A stretch of 64,000 nt of DNA from Malacoraja senta (Eukaryota): positions 1,986,001 to 2,050,000 of the forward strand of contig CM075992.1 in assembly GCA_038087875.1 (NCBI GenBank), in the 5' to 3' direction. Under the pieces are notes generated by a model. The model was not told where the DNA came from, made no database searches, and was given only the letters and a program-made list of their open reading frames with translations. This document shows positions 51,301 through 64,000 of this stretch, one piece after another. How positions within the stretch are numbered: position 1 is the first letter of the stretch; each line of letters opens with the position of its first letter. The position numbers and the translations under genes were made by a program.

Positions 51301-54300
51301 CTTCTCTCCATCTGTTAGCAGGCTTCCATAAACTAGGGTACTGTCCGATTCACCTCTACCCCATTGCGGACATTGGACTTTGTCTATGGGACTGGTACGC
51401 TACAATGCTGAGAATTATATTCTGCACTCTGTATCTTCCCCTTTGCTCTACCTGTTGTACTGGAGTTTGACTTGGCTGTATTTAGAATCGCAGAGTGATA
51501 CAGCGTGGAAACAGGTCCTTTGGCCCAACTTGCCCACACCGGCCAACATGTGCCATCTACACTAGTCCCACCTACCCATATCCCTCCAAACCTGTCCTAT
51601 CCATGTACAGTACCTGTCTAACTGTTTCTTAATCCCGTTACTTCTCTTTATGTGTAGTATTATCTGATCAGATTGGATAGCCAAAGCTCTTCACAGTATC
51701 TTGATAATAATAAACTGAAATCTACACACCTCCTCTAGCCACCTCTCCCATCTACCTGCCCCCCTTCACCAGCCACCACCCTTCCTCCATTCACCTCTCT
51801 CTTCCCTTCTCAACCCCACCTCTGGCCTCACAGAGAGTGGTGAGTCTGTGGATTCTCACAGAGAGTGGTGAGTCTGTGGATTCTCAAAGAGAGTGGTGAG
51901 TCTGTGGAATTCTCTGCCTCAGAGGGCGGTGGGTGCAGGTTTCTCTGGATGCTTTCAAGAGAGAGCTAGATAGGGCTCTTAAAAATAGCGGAGTCAGGGG
52001 GATATGGGGAGAAGGCAGGAACGGGGTACTGATTGGGGATGATCAGCCATGATCACATTGAATGGCGGTGCTGGCTCGAAGGGCCGAATGGCCTGCTCCT
52101 GCACCCATTGTCTATTGTCTATTGTCTATTGACCTCCTGCAGCCTCCTCATCCCACCTCCCGCCAAACCTCCTAACCAAGGGGGCCCCGGTGTGGGGGAG
52201 GGGGGAGGGGGGAGGGGGCACTCATTTGGGAATCCACTGCCCGGGGGCTAAGCCTACGTTTGTTTGTTGGTTGGTTGGTTGGTTCCGGTTAAGGCGCTGG
52301 GCACACGGCAGCCAACTAACAGTTGCTTGTCTTTTTCTTTTGTTTTCACTTTAAATTTAATTTTAATTTCAAGTTTTCCTGTGCCTCGTTGTGTGTTGTG
52401 GCTGTTGGCAGACCAATTTGCCTCTGGGGATGAATGAAGTTGTATCGTATCGTATCATATCGTATCCCACTATTCCTCCCCCCCTCTTCCCTCCCCTATC
52501 TCCCCCATTTTCCGGCTCTCATTCCCCACCTCCCCAGTGCAGGATCTGGGGACGCCAGCAGCCCGCAGCAGCAGTTGATGGGGAGTTGCAGCTGTACGAG
52601 GCCTGGTCATACCCGGTCATAGTGACGTCTTTCCCTACTCCTATCCTCTATCTTATCTGTGCATTCACGTCGTCAGCAGCTCCCCTCCCCGTAGATGGCA
52701 TACCACATCCTGTAAACTCTACGCACGCCTTCTCACTCACACGTCTCATTCAAACACCGCAAACACTGAGAAATAGGTGCAGGAGTGGGCCATTCGGCCC
52801 TTTGGCCCTTCGAGCCAGCACCGCCATTGGTTGTGATCATGGCGGATCGTCCCAAAAATCAGTACCCCCGTTCTTCCTTTCTCCCCCATATCCCTTGATT
52901 CCGTTAGCCCCAGGAACTAAATCTAACTCTCTCTTGAAAACATCCAGTGAATTGGCCTCCACTGCCTTCTGTGTCACCCCCGAATCTCAGTCTCTCTCTG
53001 TGAGCTGACTGTGGCTTTCCCTCCGTCCCCCTGACTGGGTGGGGGGTGGGGGGGTCAATGGCCCGGACAGTCATGAGGGAGGGGGTTGTGGTTCACAGTG
53101 ACCTGTCCCCACATAGGTCTACAGACAAACTTGCACCCTGCACACTGCAGGTCATCCTAATGCACCTCTCTGTCGGTCACAGTGTTACCCTGAGAAGCTG
53201 AGAAGCGGCACTTCAGTTTGGTTTATTGTCACCAGTACCGAGGTACGGTGCAGAAACCTTTGTTGCGTGCTAACCAGTCAGCGGAAAGACAACACATGAT
53301 TACAATCAAGCAATTTGCAGTGTATAGATACATGATAAGGGAATAACGTTTAGTGCAAGGGAAAGCCAGCAAAGTCCGATCAAGGATATTCCGAGGTAGA
53401 CAGAAATGCTGGAGAAACTCAGCGGGTGAGGCAGCATCTATGGAGCGAAGGAAATAGGTGACGTTTCGGGTCAGTGTGAAGAAGGGTCTCGACCCGAAAC
53501 GTCACCTATTCCTTCGCTCCATAGATGCTGCCTCACCCGCTGAGTTTCTCCAGCGTTTTTGTCTACCTTCGATTTTCCCAGCATCTGCAGTTCTTTCTTA
53601 AAGGATAGTCCGAGGGTCACCAATGAGGTAGATAGTAGTTCAGGATTGCTCTCTGGTGGTGGTCTCTGGCGCTGCATTCGCTGGAAGGCAGCAACTCTAC
53701 CGCTGCGCCACCATGAATGACCGTGTACAGTGTTCAGCACTAACCCCGGTATTAGATATCAGTTAAATGCTCCCATCATAAATGTTAAAACAACAACTCA
53801 TTTATCTTGTAATTTCTGCTTTCAGAAGTAAATAATACTCTCACTATCTTTAACCTTCAATCTCCCACAGGAGTTATGACCAGCCAAGTTAAATAAACAG
53901 TGCTGTCAGTGAAGAGAGTTAACTCTTTTGTAACTTCATCGCTAAGTTTTTGAGAATCCTGTGGTGTACTCGATCCACAAGAAGTATTCAGACTATTCCA
54001 ATGTTGCTTTTGCATGGTCACACATGGCAGGGAAGCGGGAATCACCTTATTGCAACATGTAAGGTCCTGAGACCAAGTCGACGTTGAGATGTTTCCACTG
54101 GTGGGAAGGATCTTGGACCTTGTTACCAGATCAGGAAGAAGCTGCTTAAAACGGAGGTACTTTGGAATATGTGTAGGAAGGAACTGCAGATGTTGGTTTA
54201 AACCGAAGATAGACACAAAATGCTGGAGTAACTCAGCGGGACAGGCAGCATCTCTGGAGAGAAGCAATGGGTGATATTTTGGGTCTAAACCCTTCTTCAG

Positions 54301-54729
54301 AATATCTGCAGAATATTCTTTGGAATATCGTCTCTGAATCTCCAAAATACTCTACCCCGAGAGAGCTGTGGAGGCAAAAACATTGTGGCTGTTTAAAGAG
54401 GAAGTAGATCAAGTTTTGAAAGTTCGGGGAATTGAAACTTATGGGGAACTGGCACAGATGATGAGAATGCCTGGTGCCATGCCAGGTTGGATGGGGGGAC
54501 ACAAAGTGGTGGAGTAACACAGCGGGTCAGGCAGCATCTCTAGAGTACATGGATAGGTGACGTTTCAGGTCTGGTCCCTTCTTCAGGCTGAAATATCACA
54601 GGGGGGCAGCAGTGAGAGGTGGTCTAACAGAACCCCCGTTGGAGAGAGAATGTGAACTTCTTCAAAGTAGACATACCATGAGGAGATTTTGCAGTGGAAC
54701 AGTGAGAGTTAGAAGCGAGCAAGGAAGAA

Positions 54730-55015
54730 AAGGCACAGCGGTAGAGTTGCTGCCTTACAGCGCTTGTAGCGCCAGAGACCTTGGTTCAATCCTGACTACG
54801 GGTGCTGTCTGTACGGAGTTTGTACCTTCTCCCTGTGACCTGCGTGGGTTTCCTCCGAGATCTTCGGTTTCCTCCCACACTCCAAAGACGTGCAGGTTTG
54901 TAGGTTAATTGGCTTGGTGTAAATGTAAATTGTCCCAAGTGTGTGTGTAGGTTAGTGTTAATGTGCGGGGATCGCTGGTTGGTACGGACTCGGTGGGCCG
55001 AAGGGCCTGTTTCCG
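54730..55015 (+). mobile_element. HE1-like V-SINE
   Basis: Core and B box. Confidence 0.8.
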
Positions 55016-55360
55016 CTTCCGTGTATTCCTGTGCGTCAGAATTAGCCCTCCAGGCCATGATGCGTCCAGTCAGGATCTGTTGGAGTTTGTTAGAAAATTA
55101 GGTGATATCTTCAAACGTCTAAGAAAGTGGAGATGTTGCCGAACCTTCTTTGTTTTTACATGATAAATTCAGTCCAATGTTTTATTAACAAAACGGTATG
55201 CAAAAAAGATAAAATAACCTGTTTGTAAAGGGAAAGGGCAATAATGTGACAAGTCTCTTCCATGTTGTAGTCTTCCAAATTAGTATATTAAACTGAAGGA
55301 AAGATTGGGTTTCACGGTGAAATCCAAACCTCAACATGCCTGCATGAAAAGATGTATCTG

Positions 55361-55888
55361 TACATAGATACATAGAAAATAGGTGCCGGAGTAGGCCATT
55401 CGGCCCTTCGAGCCTGCACCGCCATTCAATATGATCATGGCTGATCATCCAACTCAGTATCCCGTACCTGCCTTCTCTCCATACCCCCTGATCCCCTTAG
55501 CCACAAGGGCCACATCTAACTCCCTCTTAAATATAGCCAATGAACTGGCCTCAACTACCCTCTGTGGCAGAGAGTTCCAGAGATTCACCACTCTCTGTGT
55601 GAAAAAGTTTTTCCTCATCTCGGTCTTAAAGGATTTCCCCCTTATCCTTAAGCTGTGACCCCTTGTCCTGGACTTCCCCAACATTGGGAACAATCTTCCT
55701 GCATCTAGCCTGTCCAACCCCATAAGAATTTTGTACGTTTCTATAAGATCCCCCCTCAATCTCCTAAATTCTAGCGAGTATAAGCCAAGTCTATCCAGTC
55801 TTTCTTCATATGAAAGTCCTGACATCCCAGGAATCAGTCTGGTGAACCTTCTCTGCACTCCCTCTATGGCTATAATGTCCTTCCTCAG
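55361..55888 (-). mobile_element. Young CR1-type LINE 3' fragment
   Basis: ORF 55454-55858. Confidence 0.9.
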
Positions 55889-56799
55889 AACAGGAGGAGT
55901 TCAAGGGGGTGTGTCGAAGGCAGAGGGAAATAAACTGTTTTCCTGCCACCACATGGAAGGGTAATGCCTCCCTCCCCCACTCAATCCCTTACAATTTCTG
56001 ATGAAAAACAAATAAAATAACTGCAGCAGGTAGATGTACAGATCTCTTGCCCAGAGTAAGGGAATCGAGGACCAGAGGACATACAAGGTGAAGGGGAAAA
56101 GATTTGTTAGGAATCTGAGGGGTGACTTTTTCACTCAAAGGGTGGTGGGTGAATGCCAGAGGAGACAGTTAAGGCTGGGACTATCACAACGTTTAAGAAA
56201 CAGATAGACAGATACATGGTACACAAAAATGCTGGAGAAACTCAGCGGGTGCAGCAGCATCTATGGAGCGAAGGAAATAGGCAACGTTTTGGCCCGAAAC
56301 GTTGCCCATTTCCTTCGCTCCATAGATGCTGCTGCACCCGCTGAGTTTCTCCCGCATTTTTGTGTACCTTCCTTAGTAAAGTTTAGTTGATTTAAAATAT
56401 CGTAATCTTGCTGCAATCACGCTGGCAATATGGAATCAAACCAGAAGATGTTAACACATAGCATCTGAGGTTTTCAACCTGAGATATTAACTCTGCTGCC
56501 CTTTTCAGGCACTGAATGGGTGCAGAATTTTCTTTTACAATTTTTGAATACATCTTTAAGAGGCTGAGAAAGGAAACAGTCCCAGTAATTGCAACAAAAT
56601 AATTCCAAATAAGATCCTATTTGAATTTAAGCCATGTCAGACAAAAGCAATTAAAACAAAATACTTAGAAAGTTGATTTAAAGTATAATCACAGTTATTT
56701 CCGAACACAAACTTTGTAGTATTTTCCACAGGGAATCTTGAGCCAACACAATTCCGTGCCAGCATTTTAAACTTAAGACGTTACAAAGGTTTAGATGAA

Positions 56800-57097
56800 T
56801 TAGTTTGGAGATACGGCACGGAAACGGGCCCACCGGGAACGCACCGACCAGCGATCCCCGCACATTAACACTATCCTACACACACTAGGGACATTTTTAC
56901 ATTTATACCAAGCCAGTTAACCTACAAACATGTACATCATTGGAGTGTGGGAGGAAACCGAAGATCTCGGAGAAAACCCACGCAGGTCACGGGGAGAACG
57001 TACAAACTCCACACAGACAGCACCCGTAGTCGGGATCGAACCCGGGTCTCTGGCGCTGTGAGCATTGTAACTCTACCGCTGCGCCACCGTGCCGCCT
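56800..57097 (-). mobile_element. HE1-like V-SINE
   Basis: Complete on the minus strand. Confidence 0.8.
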
Positions 57098-59000
57098 CAA
57101 ATTCTTGTGCGCAATCTTAATTTGCAATGAGCACACTCAACAGTCCAATTCACACTTCAAAGCATCAATCTCTGCAATAATTGATGATCTCAAAGTGTCA
57201 AATGTTATGTGATACTCCCAGCCTGTGATCCCAAGAAACACACAGATGGTTGAGTTAGCTCAGGGACTAATAACATGACGCAAGCTTCCCAGAAATAATA
57301 CGCTCATTAAAAATAACTCCCCAAACTCATGCTTGTAGAAAAAACGGATTAAAAGGCTTCAGACTGTTGACAGAATTACGAAGGGTTGACAGGGCAGGGG
57401 GCTGCCTGCAGTGAATGTTAATGCAACACAGAGGCTGATTCCTCTCAGTCAACATCCCAGGTGTCCTTCTCATTCACTCCCTCCATTAACTCTCAAGCCT
57501 TTCTTGACGTCCTCTGAGGGAGGGCTATATGTATGTATTCATGTATGTACCTAATCTATGAACCACTGTTGTATAACGTTGGTATCTCCACCAATGTAAA
57601 GCACTTTGGCCAACGAGAGTTGGTTTGTAAATGTGCTATAGAAATAAGTGACTTGACTTAAAAAACCAAAATCTGCCAAAATTCACAACTAAATATGGAA
57701 CCAATTCAGTCTGCTCTTTCCGACAGAAATTCAAACTTTTGCTGTCAATTGTTCTGAGAAATTAAGGATTTTTGTTTTAAGGAGTTGTTTAGCTTAGTTT
57801 AAGAGATACAGTATAGAAACAGGCCCTTTGCCCACCAACACTGTGCTTATCATCGATCACCCATTTACACAAATTCCCAGACTGAAGAATGGTCTAAATC
57901 CGAAACGTCACCCATTCCTTCTCTCCAGAGATGCTGCCTGTCCCGCTGAGTTACTCCAGCATTTTGTGTCTATCTTCATCGATTCTATATTATCCCGCTT
58001 TCTCATTGTGGAGACAATGCCAATTAACCTTTCTAAGCAAGGACTTGTGCAAGTTAAAATGCTTTTTTGAACCCATTTTCAATCACACCTCAGCACATCA
58101 AGGGGATAATACTCGAGTATATACATCTCTTTTTCAAAATCGTCTTCTGCAGCTGTCTATCGAATGGGAGATTTTTCTTTTTAAGTTTAGTTTAGTTTAT
58201 AGTCAAGTGTACCGAGGTACAGTGAAAAAAGTTTTTATAACTGCCAGCACATACAAAAAAGAAATTTGAGGAAATTTAATCCTGACGCAGGGTCTTGACC
58301 CGAAACGTCAACTATTCCTTTGCCTCCAAGAAGCTGTTTGGCACGCTGTGTTCCTCCAGCAGTTTGTGTTTTTATTGCTAAAGGAAACACTGCTCGTGTT
58401 AAGAATCTGAAGAAGGGTCTCGACCCGAAACGTCACCCACTCCCCTCTCTCCAGAGATGCTGCCTGTCCCGCTGAGTGACTCCAGCATTCTGTGACTACC
58501 TTCGTGTTAAATAAAGCAACAAGTAAGGGCAGGGAATTTGTTGAGTGTGCACAAGAGATGGTTTAACCCCGGTTAGGTGTGCAGCGTGGTGGGTTGCGGG
58601 GAACTAACTGGCAGCCGCGGATTGAGCTGTGTGTAGCTACTTGGCGTCTGGCCAAGGTATGAGCTGGAAATGAATGGCTCTGTCGTCAGAGTGAAACAGA
58701 AGGGGTCGGGGCAGACTGGCGTCACCGACTCCACACACACACACACACACCCTCCTCGACTGCTAGTAATACCCGGAGACAGGACTAGCAGCGCTGCACT
58801 TGACCAAAAACCTGGCATGATTGACCTGGATGTGCAGGAAGGAACTGGTTTACATCGAAGATAGACAGTTTCAGTTCAGAAGAAGGGACTCGACCTGAAA
58901 TGTCACCTATTCCTTCTCTCCAGGGATGCTGCCTGTCCCGCTGAGTTACTCCAGCATTTTGTGTTTATCTCCTGGCATTTCTCCTCTGCAGTTCCTTCCT

Positions 59001-59428
59001 AATTCTCCCAATTCTGCTAGCCCTTGCTGTCCCCTCCCCTTCATCAGCCCTCTGTGTTGTCTCCTCCCCTTCCCCAGCCCTCGGGCTCCTCCTCCGCCTT
59101 TTTCCCTTTCTTCTCCCCACCCCCTATCAGTCTGAAGAAGGGTTTCGGCCCGAAACTTTGCCTATTTCCTTCGCTCCATAGATGCTGCCGCACCCGCTGA
59201 GTTTCTCCAGCATTTTTGTCTACCTGCTGGAGAAACTCAGCGGGTGCAGCAGCATCTATGGAGCGAAGGAAATAGGCAACATTTCGGCCCGAAACCCTTC
59301 CGGGTTTCGTCCCGAAACGTTGCCTATTTCCTTCAGGGTTTCGGCCCGAAACGTTGCCTATTTCCTTCGCTCCACAGATGCTGCCTGACCCGCTGAGTTT
59401 CTCCAGCATTTTTGTGTACCTTCCTACA
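59001..59428 (+). mobile_element. Penelope-like element 3' UTR plus composite terminal repeat
   Basis: aattctcccaattctgctagccc... followed by the same hairpin module. Confidence 0.8.
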
Positions 59429-59900
59429 CATACTCAGTTCAGTTTAGTTTATTGTCACCTGTACCGAGGTACAGAGAAAAGCGTTTGCTGCGTGCTAACC
59501 AGTCAGCGGAAAGACAATACATGTTTACAATCGAGCCATTTACAGTGTATAGATACATGATAAGGGAATAACATTTAGTGCATGGTAAAGTCCAATCAAG
59601 GATAGTCCGAGGGTCACCAATGAGGTAGATAATAGTTCAGCACTGCTCTCTAGTTGTGGTAGGATGATTCAGTACACAAATGCTGGAGTAACTCAGCAGG
59701 ACAGGCAGCGTCTCTGGAGACAAGGAATGGGTGACGTTTCGGGTCAAGACTCTTCCTTTTACCTGAAAATGGATTCAGGCTCCGCGCAAGTTCATAATAA
59801 GTTTAATGAGTGGCAGGAGCAGAATTAGGCCAATCGGCCCATCGAGTCTATCCTGCCATTCAATCATGGACGGTCTATCTTCCCATTTGAAGACTTTCAC

Positions 59901-60341
59901 CTTTAAGTTCCTTAATACACTTTTATTTTGTTGTACTCATGTCATGACAGATTGATCAGTGAAGTAATGGAGTACGGCACACTGTAACATGGTACTGAAA
60001 CACATCCATCCTGATCTGTTCACCTCATTAGTTTTTATATTGATAATAACCACAACCGTCCTTGTTCAATAGGCTGATTAATTACAGTGTGACATCTGTA
60101 CTGTTCTGCCAACAAGTTGTACATCTTTGTTCTCAGCAACCCACCTCTTTCCTTGCTCTGATTGCAGAAGTGTCTCCATCGTTTTGCTCTGGCTGTGACT
60201 CCCATCCCCACCTGGCATTATTTAATTCCATCCGATGATCCGTTTTTAGAAATACCGCTGCAATTAAGTTACAGTCGTGCTGGAACATTTGGCCGTGGTA
60301 ATTATGACGCCTCATTTGTGTTCAGCCCGTCATGTCTCCAA
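59901..60341 (-). repeat. ~440-bp segment, copy 2 of the inverted duplication
   Basis: Near-identical to the reverse complement of 25981-26430 (one ~9-nt indel). Confidence 0.9.
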
Positions 60342-60664
60342 GGAATTAGATGCTGCCTGTCCCGCTGGGTTACTCCAGCATTTTGTGTGTCTACTGGGTG
60401 GAAGGAATGGGTGACGTTTCGGGTCGAGACCCTTCTTCAGACTCCTGGAAATGAGGAGCTCCAGTGTTGAACCTGGGATTGGTTTCCCTGTCTACACCAG
60501 CTGTGACGGATCAGGATCTATTGGACAACATCTTGCCACCGGGCTAAAGTATTATCTGACCAAGAGCAATTCAGAGCAACATAGAAGGTTATTTAGCCCA
60601 TTGGGTTTTTTGCAGGGTCTTGCAGCAATCCCATTCCTCCACTAATTTCCCAGTAAACCATTCT

Positions 60665-60978
60665 TAGTTTATTTTAGTTTAGAAATACAGCGCGGAAACA
60701 GGTCCTTCGGCCCACCGAGTCCGCACCGACCAGCAATCCCCGCACACTAACACTATCCGACACACACTAGAGACAATTTACAATTATACCACGCTAATTA
60801 ACCTACAAACCCTGTATGATTTTGGGGTGTGGGAGGAAACCGAAGATCTCGGAGAAAACCCACGCAGGTCACGGGGAGAAGGTACAAACTCCGTACAGGC
60901 AGCACCCGTAGTCGGGATCGAACCCGGGTCTCCGGCGCTGTGAGGCAGCAACTCTACCGCTGTGCCACCTTGCCACCC
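60665..60978 (-). mobile_element. HE1-like V-SINE (a second diverged copy at ~61040-61220)
   Basis: Complete on the minus strand. Confidence 0.8.
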
Positions 60979-61339
60979 TCTCACATATCAACTAAGAATC
61001 CCCACCACCCAACTACGCCCAGCGGTAATTCGCTGGAGCCAAATGAGTTACTAGCCCTCACATCTTTGGCATGTTGAAGGAAACCAGAGCACACAAGGAA
61101 GACCCATGCAGTCACTGTGCGAACATGCAAACTCCACATAAATAGCTCCAGAGATTGTGATCAGATCCAGGATGGTGGAAATGTGAGGCAGCGGTACTAA
61201 CCGCTGCACGTTGTGCCACCCTAACTACGAAGTGGTCCCCGCGTGATATATGAAGCTCCAGTCAAAGGCTATTCCATTAGTTCAATGTCTGCCTCGATCT
61301 ATGGGGAAATTCTTGCCATGCTTCAGGCTGAGGGTACAA

Positions 61340-61600
61340 GAGATACATTGGTGGCTGAACATGAGACTGAGTGAGTGATTCACTGAGGGAGGGGCAGTAC
61401 TGAGGGAGTCCCGCACTGTCAGAGGGGCAGTAACAAGGCTGCAAAGTTGGTGATCTCATTTAGATAGGAAATTGGTCCAAAGCGCATTGAGTGAGTGGAC
61501 ATGCTGGAGTTCACAGGTGCGTTATCACAATCGTCCCGGCTAGCATTTTGCCGGGGTCATGATTATGCAATAAACAGGTTATCTAGTTGCTTCTTTACTA
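61340..61600 (+). mobile_element. Highly decayed DeuSINE-like remnant
   Basis: ctgagggagtcccgcactgtcagagg and gtcccggctagcatttt...acaggttatctag resemble the Deu domain (from memory). Confidence 0.35.
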
Positions 61601-63058
61601 TGCTAACTCGACATCCTTTTGACTTTTAAGTCTTTTGTGGCAGTCTGGGAATATTAAAATCTCTAAAGGAGCTGCAAACATAATCAGAAAGTGCTGGAAA
61701 TACACAGCCGCTCAGGCAGTGTTTGTCAAAGTTGTGAATCTGTGGAATTCTCTGCCACAGAGGGCAGTGGAGGCCAATTCACTGGATGTTTTCAAGAGAT
61801 TTAGCTCTGAGGGATAACGGAATCAAGGGATATGGGGAGAAAGCAGGAACAGGGTTACTGATTTTGGATGATCAGCCATGATCATATTGTATGGCAGTGC
61901 TGGCTCGAAGGGCCGAATGGCCTACTCCTGCACCTATTTTCTATGTTTCTATGTCATTGCGTATCTCAAATTGCACCTATTTTTCTATGTAACTATTGAC
62001 ATTGATGGGAGGTTGTTCCTCTCTCAGTTAATGGGGCTTTGCTTGTCAATCATCTCCAGCATCTCCTGGGTTTAGTTCCGTTTTGCAGCATCTGCAGTAC
62101 TTTATTTTCCTATGGATATGCACAGACCCTGTTGCCCACAGTCTGTGCTGCTCTAGCTGTGGTTGGTTCCTCCTGCTGATGTTAAGACTGGGCTGCAGCG
62201 TGTCGTGACGTTCTTTGGAGTAACTCAGCGGGTCAGGCAGCATCTCTGGAGAAAAAGAATGGGTGACGTTTCGTGTTGGTACCCTGCTTCATATTTTAAA
62301 TGTCGCCCACCCATCACTTCTCTCCAGAGATGCTGCCTGTCCCGCTGAGTTACTCCAGCATTTACTTCAATTTAAACCATCACAACTAGAGGGCAGTCCT
62401 GAACTACTATCTATCTCATTGGTGACCCTCGGACTGTCTATGCTCGGAATTTACTGGCTTTCCCTTGCACTAAATGTTATTCCCTGTATCATGTATCTGT
62501 ACACCGTGGACGGCTCGATTGTAATCATGTATTGTCTTTCTGAAGAAGGGTTTCGGCCCGAAACGTTGCCTATTTCCTTCGCTCCATAGATGCTGCTGCA
62601 CCCGCTGAGTTTCTCCAGCATTTTTGTGTACTTTGTGTTAAAGAAGGAACTGCAGATGCTGGAAAATCGAAGGTACCCAAAACTGCTGGAGAAACTCAGC
62701 GGGTGCAGCAGCATCTATGGAGCGAAGGAAACAGGTAACGTTTCGGGCCGAAACCCTTTTGTGTACCTCGTCTTTCTGCTGACTGGTCAGCCCGCAACAA
62801 AAGCTTTTCACTGTACCTCGGTACACGTGACAATAAAACTAAACTGAATTGAAGTTCGCTGCACATGGACTAGTAGCACAACAGAGGGGAAGAGCGAGAG
62901 AACTGCTTCTCTCTTATGTGTGGGAAGGAACTGCAGATGCTGGTTTGCACCGAAGATAGAGACAAAATGCTGGAGTAACTCAGCGGGACAGGCAGCATCT
63001 CTGGGGTTTAAAAAAATCACTAGAGATGTTGCCTGTCCCGCTGAGTTACTCCAGCATT

Positions 63059-63826
63059 TAACCTCATCTATTGCATTCGCTGCTCTAGATGCCAGCTGAT
63101 CTACATCGGTGAGACCAAGCGGAGGCTTGGCGATCGTTTCGCCGAACACCTCCGGTCGGTCCGCAATCACCAACCTGAACTCCCGGTGGCTCAGCACTTC
63201 AACTCCCCCTCCCATTCCGTATCTGACCTCTCTGTCCTGGGTCTCCTCCATGGCCACAGCGAGCAACACTGTAAATTGGAGGAAATGCACCTCATATTCC
63301 GCTTGGGCAGTCTACATCCTGGTGGCCTGAACGTTGAATTCTCCCAATTCTGCTAGCCCTTGCTGTCCCCTCCCCTTCATCAGCCCTCTGGTTGTCTCCT
63401 CCCCTCCCCCAGCCCTCGGGCTCCTCCTCCGCCTTTTTCCTTTTTTCCTTTCTTCTCCCCACCCCCCATCAGTCTGAAGAAGGGTTTCGGCCCGAAACGT
63501 TGCCTATTTCCTTCGCTCCATAGATGTTGCTGCACCCGCTGAGTTTCTCCAGCATTTTTTGTGTACCTGCTGGAGAAACTCAGCGGGTGCAGCAGCATCT
63601 ATGGAGCGAAGGAAATAGGCAACGTTTCGGCCCGAAACCCTTCCGGGTTTCGTCCCGAAACGTTGCCTATTTCCTTTAGGGTTTCGTCCCGAAACGTTGC
63701 CTATTTCCTTCAGGGTTTCGGCCCGAAACGTTGCCTATTTCCTTCGCTCCATAGATGCTGCTGCAACCCGCTGAGTTTCTCCAGCATTTTTGTGTACCTT
63801 GTGTTAAAGAAGGAACTGCAGATGCT
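63059..63826 (+). mobile_element. Penelope-like element 3' fragment (GIY-YIG plus composite terminal repeat)
   Basis: NLIYCIRCSRCQLIYIGET-encoding sequence starts at ~63060; same terminal hairpin module as the other copies. Confidence 0.9.
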
Positions 63827-64000
63827 GTTCCTTCTTTAACATTTCAGCATCTGCAGTTCCTTCTTTAACATTTCAGTGTCTATCTTTGGAGGGCAACCAG
63901 CACCTGCAGTTCCTTCCTCCACACACTCTTGTCTTTATCTCCCCAGCCCATGAAGGGCTTCTGACGTGTTTCTCAAATGACAAGCCCTGGTCCGGTCCGG

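Noticed and set aside
45481..64000. Downstream PDE4 UCR1 exon (FDVENG...RRESFLYRSDS)
   Set aside because: Looked for by eye and not found; presumably beyond the window, which limits confidence in the PDE4 call

Overview
This is eukaryotic, repeat-dense vertebrate DNA. The repeat set (HE1/V-SINE-like tRNA SINEs, CR1-type LINE 3' fragments, Penelope-like elements, Rex1/Babar and Ingi/Vingi-like pieces) points to a cartilaginous fish, probably a skate or ray; that taxon call is an inference. Almost all ORFs in the track are TE fragments, antisense frames or simple-repeat artefacts. The only host coding sequence I recognise is a + strand exon ending at 45474. It encodes (SPRCSP)RNSPRLFRKLLLNKNIREHRRHSSVHF-C, which resembles the PDE4B3/PDE4D5/PDE4C3-type isoform-specific 5' exon. 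The window is therefore probably intronic/promoter territory of a PDE4 cAMP phosphodiesterase gene (paralog unresolved). The exon is obscured by a 131-nt G run and a 1-nt frameshift. The most striking element is a 146-bp minus-strand retroposon (6018-6163) with a 12-bp TSD, whose 5' 54 nt fold into a complete minimal HDV-like self-cleaving ribozyme starting exactly at the insertion boundary. Other notable features: many Penelope-derived minimal hammerhead motifs, often in fold-back pairs; a Harbinger-like MITE; a ~450-bp inverted duplication 34 kb apart; young CR1 copies with a shared truncation point; a SINE insertion hotspot; and a 200-N assembly gap. Repeat coordinates are read by eye and approximate.
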